This document shows, piece by piece, positions 42,820 through 51,833 of a stretch of 64,000 nt of DNA (within the stretch, counting starts at the first letter, position 1; each line of letters opens with the position of its first letter). The notes below the pieces were generated by a model. It had not been told where the DNA came from. It worked only from the letters and a program-made list of their open reading frames with translations, and did no database searches. Made by a program: the position numbers and the translations under genes. The stretch is from Candidatus Poribacteria bacterium (GTDB lineage: Bacteria; Poribacteria; WGA-4E; WGA-3G): positions 2,112,001-2,176,000 of the forward strand of contig OZ251518.1 of NCBI GenBank assembly GCA_965242965.1. Direction: 5' to 3'.

Positions 42820-42939
42820 GTCAGACCTCCTTGCACTGTTTTGTAGGCGGGACATCGCTGTCCCTATACCAACTCCATCGAAACCGGGAGGGCTCTCCTA
42901 CCGAAAACAGGAGGGCTCTCCGACTGAAAATCCGAAGGT

Positions 42940-43530
42940 TCAAACGGCATTCCGATAGGAATACGCTAATAATAGCCGCATCTCTTCCACCTGCACGCGT
43001 TGCAGGAATTCGGCGACATCGGCATCTATCGCGCTTTCGGCGGCTTGACACCAGTCAATAAACTGAGATGCGTCCCACGCCGCGTTGTCGGCGATAGTTT
43101 GCCCGATACTGGCGAGCGCGGCTGAGGGCGCGGCTGTCTCGTTGTAAAGAGCGAGAGCGCGGTTGCGGACTTCAGGGAAAATGGCGTGCGTGCCGACGCG
43201 CCCGAACCAGTATTTCGCATTGCTGTAGTCCGGTTCACGGCGGTGCATGATACCGTGCCAATAACTGCCTGTCGCATTCGCAAGCCCCTGCGAGATATCA
43301 TGCGATTCGTCTAACGCATCGTTCCAGAGGAGCAAGCCGCTTTTAATCGCATCGGCGAACGTGCTATCCTTCACATGCTGTTCCTCAAAAAGCGCGTCCG
43401 TGGATACCGCTTGGAGGGATTTGGTTAGATCCGCGCACGATTCCTGTTCCGGCACCAGCGGCGGTAGCGGGTTGCCCGTCTCTAATTTCTGAATAAAATC
43501 GGCAATCGCCGAAGTGTATGTTACACTCAT
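42940..43530 (-). CDS. Conserved hypothetical protein
   Basis: LDESHDISQ, YWHGIMHRREPDYSNAKYWF motif; GGAG RBS. Confidence 0.8.
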   Translation of the reverse strand: MSVTYTSAIADFIQKLETGNPLPPLVPEQESCADLTKSLQAVSTDALFEEQHVKDSTFADAIKSGLLLWNDALDESHDISQGLANATGSYWHGIMHRREPDYSNAKYWFGRVGTHAIFPEVRNRALALYNETAAPSAALASIGQTIADNAAWDASQFIDWCQAAESAIDADVAEFLQRVQVEEMRLLLAYSYRNAV

Positions 43531-43714
43531 CAAAAACTCCTTTGCGTTCAAAATCTCTCATTGCAAAGTAGTTTACCACTTTTTTTTGAATAAATCAAGA
43601 TTTTTTGGGTTTTCTTATCCAAAAATTCAATTATTTTCGGTTAACATAAAAATAAAATTTGCAATTTAACGAAAAATATGCTATAATTAACACATATATC
43701 TTGTGTGCTTTGCG

Positions 43715-44077
43715 ATGAAAATGCGAACAGCGTTCAAAAAAGCCATCATCGTGTTCATCGGTTTTATCGTCATCTTGGGCGGCGTGCTGCTCGGCGTTAT
43801 CCGACAATACTCACAATACGGCTCGCTGCCAGAAACCATGCAGATGGTAGATTTTTCTGGGATACTGCTAGCCGTTTTGGGTGCGTGTTTGCTGAGCCTG
43901 ATTAGCGTCGTGTTAACGTTTGTCCTCGCCCGCGCGTGGGCAAGCGAACAACCGCAGCTCGGTGAACGCATCGTCCGGCTCGCGCTCATCGTCAGCATCG
44001 CGTTCATCATCGTCTTCGGCGGATTAGCCGGCGGACTCATCGTTTTACGGACGTTGTGGACAATTGGATTTTTTTAA
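43715..44077 (+). CDS. Small membrane protein (about 3 TM)
   Basis: Hydrophobic ORF after TTGCAA-17-TATAAT promoter (43659-43687). Confidence 0.7.
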   Translation: MKMRTAFKKAIIVFIGFIVILGGVLLGVIRQYSQYGSLPETMQMVDFSGILLAVLGACLLSLISVVLTFVLARAWASEQPQLGERIVRLALIVSIAFIIVFGGLAGGLIVLRTLWTIGFF

Positions 44078-44078
44078 T

Positions 44079-44107
44079 TTGCATTTTCGTCACAAATGTG
44101 GTATAAT
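44079..44107 (+). promoter_or_regulatory. Sigma70 promoter of infC-rpmI-rplT
   Basis: TTGCAT-17-TATAAT with TG extension. Confidence 0.75.
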
Positions 44108-44223
44108 TAGACAATTGCGATTTCGGGCACAATCGCTGTGATAGCACGTGTCCGAACTAAAGTCTACACGCTTTGTCAATTAATCAATCAAAGCGTGCAA
44201 GCCTTAACTTGGGGGTGTGAAAA

Positions 44224-44769
44224 ATACACTACAGAGGTAGACGCAACCAGAGAACGAGAGCGCGACAGAGCCGCTCGAATTATCAGATTCGGGCACGCGA
44301 GGTTCTGCTGATCGACCAGGACAACAAGCAGGTTGGCGTGATGCCGACGCGCGATGCGATGCAGCGCGCTGAAGAAGTCGGTTTGGATTTGGTAGAAGTT
44401 TCACCGAATGCAAAGCCGCCCGTTTGCAAGATCATGGATTACGGGAAGTATCAGTATGAACGGAACAAGCGCGCGCGGGAGGCACGAAAGAAACAGACGA
44501 AAGTGGTGCTGAAAGAGATGCAGTTCCGGCCGGATACTGCCGAGCATGACTACCAATTCAAGAAACGGCACATTGAGGATTTCTTGAAGCAAGGTTGGAA
44601 GGTGCGCGCTACTGTCCGGTTTAAGGGACGCGAGATGCTTCATACCGACCTGGGGAGAAATATGCTCATGCGGCTTCGGGATGATCTCGCGGAAATCGCC
44701 GAGGTGGAACAAAACCCACGGATGGAGACGCGCGTCATGTCGATGCTCCTCACGCCGAAGTCGTCCTAG
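44224..44769 (+). CDS. infC: Translation initiation factor IF-3, non-canonical ATA start
   Basis: Frame open from ATA 44224 (GGGGGTG SD; in-frame TGA just upstream); NYQIRAREV, LDLVEVSPNAKPPVCKIMDYGK, FKGRE. Confidence 0.93.
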   Translation: MHYRGRRNQRTRARQSRSNYQIRAREVLLIDQDNKQVGVMPTRDAMQRAEEVGLDLVEVSPNAKPPVCKIMDYGKYQYERNKRAREARKKQTKVVLKEMQFRPDTAEHDYQFKKRHIEDFLKQGWKVRATVRFKGREMLHTDLGRNMLMRLRDDLAEIAEVEQNPRMETRVMSMLLTPKSS

Positions 44770-44878
44770 TCTGCTGTATTGGTGCCAAGCGTTCGGCAAT
44801 CGGCCAGCCGGTGCCGGACGCTGCGCGCTCATCTGAGAAGCAGGCCGAAAAGCAAGCCGAAAAGCGAAAGGATTTCTC

Positions 44879-45073
44879 ATGCCGAAAATCAAAACCCATA
44901 AAGGCGCAGCGAAGCGTTTTAAATTCACGGCGAAGGGCAAAATCCGCCGCAAACGCGCGTATGCAGGACACTTGTTCATCAACAAGTCCGCCAAGCGCAA
45001 GCGTAGATTGCGACAAGCCACGCTCGTCGACTCAAGCAACGAAAAACGCTTGAAGCGTCTTATTCATAAGTGA
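44879..45073 (+). CDS. rpmI: 50S ribosomal protein L35
   Basis: MPKIKTHKGAAKRFK. Confidence 0.98.
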   Translation: MPKIKTHKGAAKRFKFTAKGKIRRKRAYAGHLFINKSAKRKRRLRQATLVDSSNEKRLKRLIHK

Positions 45074-45366
45074 GGGTGTTTCATAAATCGCCCAACGTCG
45101 CGGTGATAGGCCCCGCGCTGCGGAAAAAACGCCGCCCCTTCACGTAGGGCGAGGGCCTGTCCCTCGCCATGCGTTTGGTTGGCAGACCGCATCCTCCCTA
45201 TAGGTCAAGATCGCCTGATCTTGACCCGTTCGGGATCAGGCGATCCCGAACTACAGAGGTGGGGACAATGCCTTACGGTAGGAGGGACATCCTTGTCCCG
45301 ATACGGTGGGCATTGAGACCGGGAGGTCTCTCCTACCGGGGAGCAATCGAGATATGAAACACCCTC
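45072..45366 (+). mobile_element. Complete MITE carrying REP hairpins, with 10-bp target-site duplication
   Basis: TIRs GAGGGTGTTTCATA / TATGAAACACCCTC; ATTCATAAGT at 45062-45071 and 45367-45376. Confidence 0.88.
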
Positions 45367-45457
45367 ATTCATAAGTAACGAGGAAAGTTAGCCCGCAGGC
45401 GCGCCGCGCGCCCGGGCAGTAACCGGCAGCCAAGCCGGTCGCGAGAGGAACCCGAAC

Positions 45458-45805
45458 ATGCCACGAGTAAAAACAGGGAGCGTTCGACGCAAACGGCGCA
45501 ACCGGATGCTGAAGCATTCCAAAGGCTATCGCGGCGGTAGAAACAACCTCAAGCGCACCGCTACCGAAGCGGTGGAGAAGGGATGGAACTACGCCTATGC
45601 ACACCGCCGTGCACGCAAGCGCGACTTCCGACGACTCTGGATCGCGCGTATCAACGCCGCCGCACGAGCACACGGACTCTCCTACAGCCGATTCATGCAC
45701 GGACTCAAAACCGCGGGAATTGAACTCGACCGGAAAGTCCTCGCTGACATCGCCGTCCACGATGAATCCGGATTTGGACAGTTAGTTGCCCTCGCAAAGG
45801 GGTAA
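45458..45805 (+). CDS. rplT: 50S ribosomal protein L20
   Basis: [31 protein letters not shown]. Confidence 0.98.
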   Translation: MPRVKTGSVRRKRRNRMLKHSKGYRGGRNNLKRTATEAVEKGWNYAYAHRRARKRDFRRLWIARINAAARAHGLSYSRFMHGLKTAGIELDRKVLADIAVHDESGFGQLVALAKG

Positions 45806-45820
45806 AAAAAATTTGAATGA

Positions 45821-46175
45821 AAGGCTATGAAGGGACACACGTAAGCTGCTGAGCCCTCTCAATCAGAGATGCCGCGCCATCGGCTGGAAGCACGGCTTTG
45901 AGAGCAGCCGCCGAATTTCATCCCAGAGCCGCCGAACTGAACCCCTTCTAGTAGACGCGACCTGCCGGTCGCGATAGGGCTGTAGGTTCGCGCCGGCCGT
46001 TCACCGTTACCGAACAGAAATCAAGCGGGCAAATTTCATCTTCAACACGGGTAAGCGCGCTTACCTCAGGTAATGAGGACTCTCAAAGAAATTTGCCAAG
46101 CAGGGTGGTACCGCGGAAGTCGATGCCTGTCACTTTCGTCCCTAGCGTGGGATGAAGTGACAGGCATTTCTTTTT
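45821..46175 (+). promoter_or_regulatory. Phe T-box riboswitch with intrinsic terminator
   Basis: GA motif, AGAGA and GGCTGGAA loops, specifier TTC 45917-45919, T-box AGGGTGGTACCGCG, terminator ATGCCTGTCACTTTCGTCCC/GGGATGAAGTGACAGGCAT + T tract. Confidence 0.92.
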
Positions 46176-46223
46176 ATGGGTAGACGCGCTTTGAAAGCGC
46201 GCCTACCGGACGAGAGGCTAACG

Positions 46224-47240
46224 ATGCAAGAAGAATTAAACCAGATCCAGCACGAAGTGCTTGCCAAACTCAAACAGGTTCAAACGCTAGATGCCCTTGA
46301 ATCGCTCCGTATTCAGTATTTCGGACGCAACGGCAAGTTGACAACGGTGATGAAAGGCATGGGCAAATTGTCCAAAGCCGAACGGCCCGTTGTCGGCAAA
46401 CTGGCGAACCAGATTCGCGCCGAATTGACGGAGGCGTTTGAGCAGACGACGCAAGAATTGCACCGTCAACAGCAGGCACAACAACTCGCAGACGAGTCGG
46501 TGGACATCACGCTCCCCGGTCGGAAGCCTGCCTACGGCAAAGCGCACCCGGTTACGCAGACTTTGGAGCAGATAACGTCGATTTTCACACAGCTGGGTTT
46601 CCAGAGCGTTACGGGCCCCGAGGTCGAGACAGATTATTACAACTTCGATGCGCTGAATACCCCGTCAGACCATCCCGCGCGCGATTTGCACGATACTTTC
46701 TACCTCACCGATGGGCATCTCTTGCGGACGCACACGTCGCCGGTGCAGATTCGTGTGATGGAGCGGCAGCAACCGCCGGTGCGTATCATTGTGCCAGGGA
46801 AGGCTTACCGCGTCGATTACGATGTATCGCACACGCCAATGTTCCATCAAGTGGAGGGGTTGCTCGTGGATACGCATGTCACCTTTAGCGAGTTGAAAGG
46901 CATCCTCGCATCGTTTGTGCGGCAGCTGTTTAGCAAGGAAACGCAAACGCGCTTTCGGCCCCACTTCTTCCCATTCACAGAACCGAGTGCCGAAGTTGAT
47001 ATTTCGTGCACAGTCTGCAGCGGCGACGGGTGTCGCAGTTGTGGCGGCACGGGGTGGATTGAAATTTTGGGGGCAGGCGCAGTAGATCCAGAAGTATTCC
47101 GTGCAGTCGGCTATGACGCGGAACAAGTTACCGGGTTTGCCTTCGGGATGGGTGTGGAACGGATTGCGAATCTCCAGTTCCGCATTCCTGATATCCGCAC
47201 ATTTTACGAAAATGACTTGCGTTTCTTGCGGCAGTTTTAA
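46224..47240 (+). CDS. pheS: Phenylalanine--tRNA ligase alpha subunit
   Basis: HPARDLHDTFY, LRTHTSPVQ, FPFTEPS, GFAFGMGVER. Confidence 0.98.
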   Translation: MQEELNQIQHEVLAKLKQVQTLDALESLRIQYFGRNGKLTTVMKGMGKLSKAERPVVGKLANQIRAELTEAFEQTTQELHRQQQAQQLADESVDITLPGRKPAYGKAHPVTQTLEQITSIFTQLGFQSVTGPEVETDYYNFDALNTPSDHPARDLHDTFYLTDGHLLRTHTSPVQIRVMERQQPPVRIIVPGKAYRVDYDVSHTPMFHQVEGLLVDTHVTFSELKGILASFVRQLFSKETQTRFRPHFFPFTEPSAEVDISCTVCSGDGCRSCGGTGWIEILGAGAVDPEVFRAVGYDAEQVTGFAFGMGVERIANLQFRIPDIRTFYENDLRFLRQF

Positions 47241-47267
47241 TCAGAAAGAACTGCGATACCCCTTTAG

Positions 47268-47572
47268 CACGTAGCGCGGGGGCCTGTCCCCCGCGTATGC
47301 CGTGGTGATGCGATACCCCATCTCTGTAGTTCGGGAGCGCCTGCTCCCGAACGGGTCAGGATCAGGCGATCCTGACCTACAGGAGTGATGCAGTCTGCCA
47401 ACCAAACGCATGGCGAGGGAAACCCGCTCGCATGCGCGTGTGGCATGCGAGGGCCCAAGCCCTACGTGAAGGCGAGGCGTTTTTTCACCGCAGCGCGAGG
47501 CCTGTTACCGCGACGTTGAGCGATTTATGAAACACCCTCAATAACGTAGCGCGGGGGCCTGTCCCCCGCGTG
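47268..47572. repeat. REP cluster / partial MITE between pheS and pheT
   Basis: D doublet and A variants; MITE end GATTTATGAAACACCCTC at 47539. Confidence 0.88.
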
Positions 47573-47595
47573 CATGGAAATCAAGGAAGAAAAAT

Positions 47596-50034
47596 ATGAA
47601 CGTAACCCTCAATTGGCTAAAAACCTACATCGATTTCGCGCTGTCCCCAAGCGAACTCGCCGAACGGCTGACGATGCTCGGCATTGAAGTTGACTCGCTC
47701 AAGCACCTCGGTGCCGAACTTGCAGGCATCGTCGTTGGCAAAGTGAACTCGGTGCGTCCGCATCCGAATGCCGATAAACTCGTCGTCTGTCAGGTAGATG
47801 TCGGCGCGGCGGGGGAACTCCAAATTGTCTGCGGTGCGCCGAATGTGCGGGAAGGGCTGCTGGCACCGGTTGCAACTATCGGGACGGTATTGCCGAACGG
47901 GTTGACAATCAAACGTGCTAAACTGCGCGGGACCGAATCGCACGGCATGCTCTGCTCGGAAAAAGAACTCGGGCTCTCGGAGGATGCCGCGGGACTCATG
48001 GAATTACCGGCAGAACTCGCCGCTGGCACCCCACTCGCCGAGGCGTTAGGGTTGGACGATGTCGTCATGCAGTTAGAGATTACGCCGAATCGCGCCGATT
48101 GTCTCAGTCTTATCGGCGTGGCACGCGAAATCCGCGCCGATACCGGAAATCCGTTGAAGCTGCCGAGTGCAGAGTCAAGCCCGGGCGGGTTCTCCTACGG
48201 TGAGCGGATACCAACTTCTGTTATAATTGATGCGCCCGCGCTCTGTCCGCGTTACGCGGCGCGCGTCATTCAAGGCATTCATGTGGGGCCCTCTCCCGAA
48301 TGGCTTCAGCGTCGGTTGAAATCCATCGGCGTAGGCGTTATCAACAACATCGTTGACGTGACGAATTTCGTCTTGATGGAATATGGACAACCTCTTCACG
48401 CCTTTGATTACCACAAACTCGCCGAAAACCGCATTGTTGTGCGCCGGGCGGCGGAAGGCGAACAGCTAAGGACGCTTGACGCAATTGCACGCGAACTCAC
48501 TCCCGACATGCTCGTCATCGCCGATGCCGAGAAGCCGGTAGCCCTCGCCGGCATTATGGGGGGCTACGATTCGGAAATCACGGAAGAGACATGCGATGTG
48601 TTGCTGGAGAGTGCCTATTTCAATCCCGCCAGCATCCGTGCTACCGCCAGGGCGTTGGGCATCCACACGGAGGCCTCCTACCGATTTGAGCGCGGCACCG
48701 ACCCGGGTGCAGTCATCGCTGCGCTGGAACGGGCGGCGCACCTCATCGCCGAACTCGCCGGCGGCACTATCTGTGAAGGCATCGTTGATGTCTACCCGGG
48801 CGAAACGCCGTCTTGCCAGATTCAACTCCGTCCGGCGCGCGTTAATTTCATCTTAGGCACCGCGATGGAAGCGACAGAGATGGTAAAGATTCTGACTCGG
48901 CTTGGTTTTCATGTCGCGCGTGCAAATGCGGACAGTTATCAGGTTACCGCGCCGACGTTTCGCGCGGATGTCACCCGCGAGATAGATCTGGTTGAGGAGC
49001 TCGCCCGCGTCTACGGCTACGATAATATCCCGACGACGCTGCCAAAAGGGGATATTCCGGTGCCGGAACCAGATGTCAAAACAGAAGTCTGTCAGCGCGT
49101 CAAACGTTTTCTACTCGCATCAGGGATGATGGAGGCAGTCAACTATAGTTTTTGTGACATGCGCTGCTTTGACAAAATCCGCCTGCCTGAAAACGACGCG
49201 CGGCGCGAGGCAGTGCAGTTGCGCAATCCGCTAAGCCCGGAGATGTCCGTGCTCCGCACGACACTGCTGCCGAGTCTGCTTGAAAATGCGCGGCATAACC
49301 ACAATCATCAGATTGACACCATCGCACTGTTTGAGGTTTCCACGGTGTTCCTAGGCGGGACTGCGCGATTGCAAAACGCGTCTACCAACGCATGTAGCAT
49401 TGACGAACCGGAACGCGTGGCAGGCATCCTCGCCGGTGAAATGGGCGGCGGTGTCTACGGCGATGCCTATCGCGCGCCCGATTTCTTTGACATCAAAGGC
49501 ATTGTGGAGGGGCTGCTGGAAGTGTGCGGCATCGCCGATTATTCACTCGCGCGAACCGATGAGCCGTGCTTCCATCCCGGCTGCAACGCCGCGGTGTTGT
49601 TATCCGATGAACGCGTCGGTATCTTCGGCGAAGCGCATCCGGAGGTGCTAGAAAACTACGAACTGCCCTACAAAGCATACCTCTTTGAATTTGACATGGA
49701 GGCACTCTCGGCAGCGGCGACGTTTTCCAAACGGTTTGAGCCGATTTCCATTTATCCGAAGATCCAACGTGATGTGGCTATCGTGCTAGATGCCGAGATT
49801 CCTGCTGAGGCACCAGTGGCACTCATCTATGCGGCAGGCGGTGAGTGGGTAGAATCGGTGCGCCTCTTTGATGTCTACGTCGGCGAACCGGTGCCGGCCG
49901 ACAAGAAGAGCCTTGCGTATACGATTGCGTATCACTCCGCAACCGAAACGTTGACAGATAAAGCGGTGAATCGGCTTCATGAGCGGGTGGTGGCGCGGCT
50001 CCATCGGGAATTAGGTGCAGAGTTGCGGATGTAG
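47596..50034 (+). CDS. pheT: Phenylalanine--tRNA ligase beta subunit
   Basis: HPNADKL, IVCGAPN, TPNRADCLS, RFERG, EELARVYGY, FDVY..KKSLA. Confidence 0.98.
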   Translation: MNVTLNWLKTYIDFALSPSELAERLTMLGIEVDSLKHLGAELAGIVVGKVNSVRPHPNADKLVVCQVDVGAAGELQIVCGAPNVREGLLAPVATIGTVLPNGLTIKRAKLRGTESHGMLCSEKELGLSEDAAGLMELPAELAAGTPLAEALGLDDVVMQLEITPNRADCLSLIGVAREIRADTGNPLKLPSAESSPGGFSYGERIPTSVIIDAPALCPRYAARVIQGIHVGPSPEWLQRRLKSIGVGVINNIVDVTNFVLMEYGQPLHAFDYHKLAENRIVVRRAAEGEQLRTLDAIARELTPDMLVIADAEKPVALAGIMGGYDSEITEETCDVLLESAYFNPASIRATARALGIHTEASYRFERGTDPGAVIAALERAAHLIAELAGGTICEGIVDVYPGETPSCQIQLRPARVNFILGTAMEATEMVKILTRLGFHVARANADSYQVTAPTFRADVTREIDLVEELARVYGYDNIPTTLPKGDIPVPEPDVKTEVCQRVKRFLLASGMMEAVNYSFCDMRCFDKIRLPENDARREAVQLRNPLSPEMSVLRTTLLPSLLENARHNHNHQIDTIALFEVSTVFLGGTARLQNASTNACSIDEPERVAGILAGEMGGGVYGDAYRAPDFFDIKGIVEGLLEVCGIADYSLARTDEPCFHPGCNAAVLLSDERVGIFGEAHPEVLENYELPYKAYLFEFDMEALSAAATFSKRFEPISIYPKIQRDVAIVLDAEIPAEAPVALIYAAGGEWVESVRLFDVYVGEPVPADKKSLAYTIAYHSATETLTDKAVNRLHERVVARLHRELGAELRM

Positions 50035-50050
50035 TTGGAAGGATTGAAAC

Positions 50051-50848
50051 ATGCACGCAAACCGAATCCAAAACCTCTTTGCTGTCATCGCGCGTCACTA
50101 CGATTTCCTCAATTCCCTCCTCAGCCTCCGGCGAGACACGATGTGGCGGCGGGAGACAGTGCGGGCAAGCCACGTCACGCCGACGAGTAAGGTGCTGGAT
50201 GTTTGCACAGGCACAGGCGAGCTCGCGCTTGCGTATGCGGCGGAGATTGCGCTTGGACAGAACGCGCCTACCGCGGTGAATGAAAGCGGCATTGTCATCG
50301 GTTCAGACTTTTGCCTTGAGATGTTAGTCGTGGGGAATCAGAAAGTGTCGCGCCGTGGGATTCGCGTGCCGTTCATTGCCGCCGATACCTTCACACTTCC
50401 GTTTCGGGACAACACCTTTGACATCGTCTCGGTAGGCTTCGGCATTCGGAACGTCGCAAATGCGGAATTCGCCCAGAACCTCCAACAAGATTCAGGTTCC
50501 CAAACCGACATTACTGCCTCGGTTATCCGAAATTTGGAGATGGGTATCCGTGAGATGACGCGCGTCGCCGTGCCGGGTGGAAGAATTGCTATTTTGGAAT
50601 TTACGCAACCCGTGAATCCGGTATTTCGGCGGCTCTACTACTTCTATTTCAAGAAGATTTTGCCGTTCATCGGCAATCTCATCTCGCGCAATAAAGACGA
50701 TGCTTACGGGTATCTCCCGCGTTCAGTGCTGCGCTTCCCGAATTGCGAGGTGCTGAAAGACGTGATGGAAAAATGCGGCCTCACGGATGTGCAATTTCAT
50801 CGGAAAACCTTCGGCATCGTCGCGATTCACGTTGGAAAGAAAGTGTAG
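50051..50848 (+). CDS. menG: UbiE/MenG family quinone methyltransferase (with insertions)
   Basis: YDFLN, LDVCTGTG, GFGIRNV, PGG..ILEF, YGYLPRS. Confidence 0.85.
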   Translation: MHANRIQNLFAVIARHYDFLNSLLSLRRDTMWRRETVRASHVTPTSKVLDVCTGTGELALAYAAEIALGQNAPTAVNESGIVIGSDFCLEMLVVGNQKVSRRGIRVPFIAADTFTLPFRDNTFDIVSVGFGIRNVANAEFAQNLQQDSGSQTDITASVIRNLEMGIREMTRVAVPGGRIAILEFTQPVNPVFRRLYYFYFKKILPFIGNLISRNKDDAYGYLPRSVLRFPNCEVLKDVMEKCGLTDVQFHRKTFGIVAIHVGKKV

Positions 50849-50893
50849 GCGCGGTTTGAAACCGCGTCAGGCTTCTTCAGTTCGTGCCCCTTA

Positions 50894-51823
50894 CTAGGCG
50901 TTCACCAACCGTTCCACATGCGCCACGACAGACTCAGACACGCCTTCCAAACTATAGCCGCCCTCCAACGCCGAGACAACACGGCCATCAGCAAATTCAA
51001 GAACTAGCTCGGTTAGCGTCGCAAAACCTGATGGGGTTACGGCTGTTGTCGAGAGTCTGTCAAGGTAATGCGCGTCAAATCCTGCTGAGATGAGGATGAG
51101 CTCCGGCGCAAACGTCTTTAACGCCGGGATGAGTATCTTCTCAAAAACGGCGATGTAATCGCTGTCACCGCTGCCGCCGCGCATCGGCACATTTAACGTT
51201 GTGCCTTGCCCTTTTCCGTAACCGCGTTCATTCCGTGCGCCGGTGCCGGGATAGAGCGGCGATTCGTGGATAGAAAAAAAGAAGACAGAGCCATCTTCGT
51301 AAAAAATGTCTTGCGTGCCGTTGCCGTGATGGACATCCCAATCGACAATTGCCACTCTCTCTAACTTGTGTTCCTTTCGGAGGTAGCGTGCCGCGATGGC
51401 GATGTTATTGAATAGACAGAACCCCATGCTCTGATTAGTGGTAGCGTGATGTCCTGGCGGCCGCACGAGGGCGAACGCATTTTTCGCCGAACCTGTTGCG
51501 ACTGCTGCTGCCGCCTGTAGCACGCCGCCTGCCGAAAGCCGCGCGATGTCAAACGATGCCTTAACGACAGGCGTATCATAGGTAAGTGGAACTTCCTGTT
51601 CGCAGTGTCGCCGGATGTGTTCGCTATAGTTCGGCGCGTGCGCGTAGCGGAGTTGTTCAATGCTAGCGTGCGTCGGTTCGATGTGGTGGAGTTGTGTCCA
51701 CACGTCGTTCTTCTGCAGTGCAGCGAGACAAGTCCGTAGTCGACTTGGCCGTTCAGGGTGATTTGGGCCGGTGTCGTGGTTGAGGTATTCGGGGTGGTAG
51801 ATGAAGGCGGTTTTTGGGTTCAT
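50894..51823 (-). CDS. Histone deacetylase family protein
   Basis: HPERPSRL, RPPGHH, GFCLFNN, DWDVHHGNGT, SAGFDAH, LEGGY. Confidence 0.95.
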   Translation of the reverse strand: MNPKTAFIYHPEYLNHDTGPNHPERPSRLRTCLAALQKNDVWTQLHHIEPTHASIEQLRYAHAPNYSEHIRRHCEQEVPLTYDTPVVKASFDIARLSAGGVLQAAAAVATGSAKNAFALVRPPGHHATTNQSMGFCLFNNIAIAARYLRKEHKLERVAIVDWDVHHGNGTQDIFYEDGSVFFFSIHESPLYPGTGARNERGYGKGQGTTLNVPMRGGSGDSDYIAVFEKILIPALKTFAPELILISAGFDAHYLDRLSTTAVTPSGFATLTELVLEFADGRVVSALEGGYSLEGVSESVVAHVERLVNA

Positions 51824-51833
51824 AAGGTTCCTT

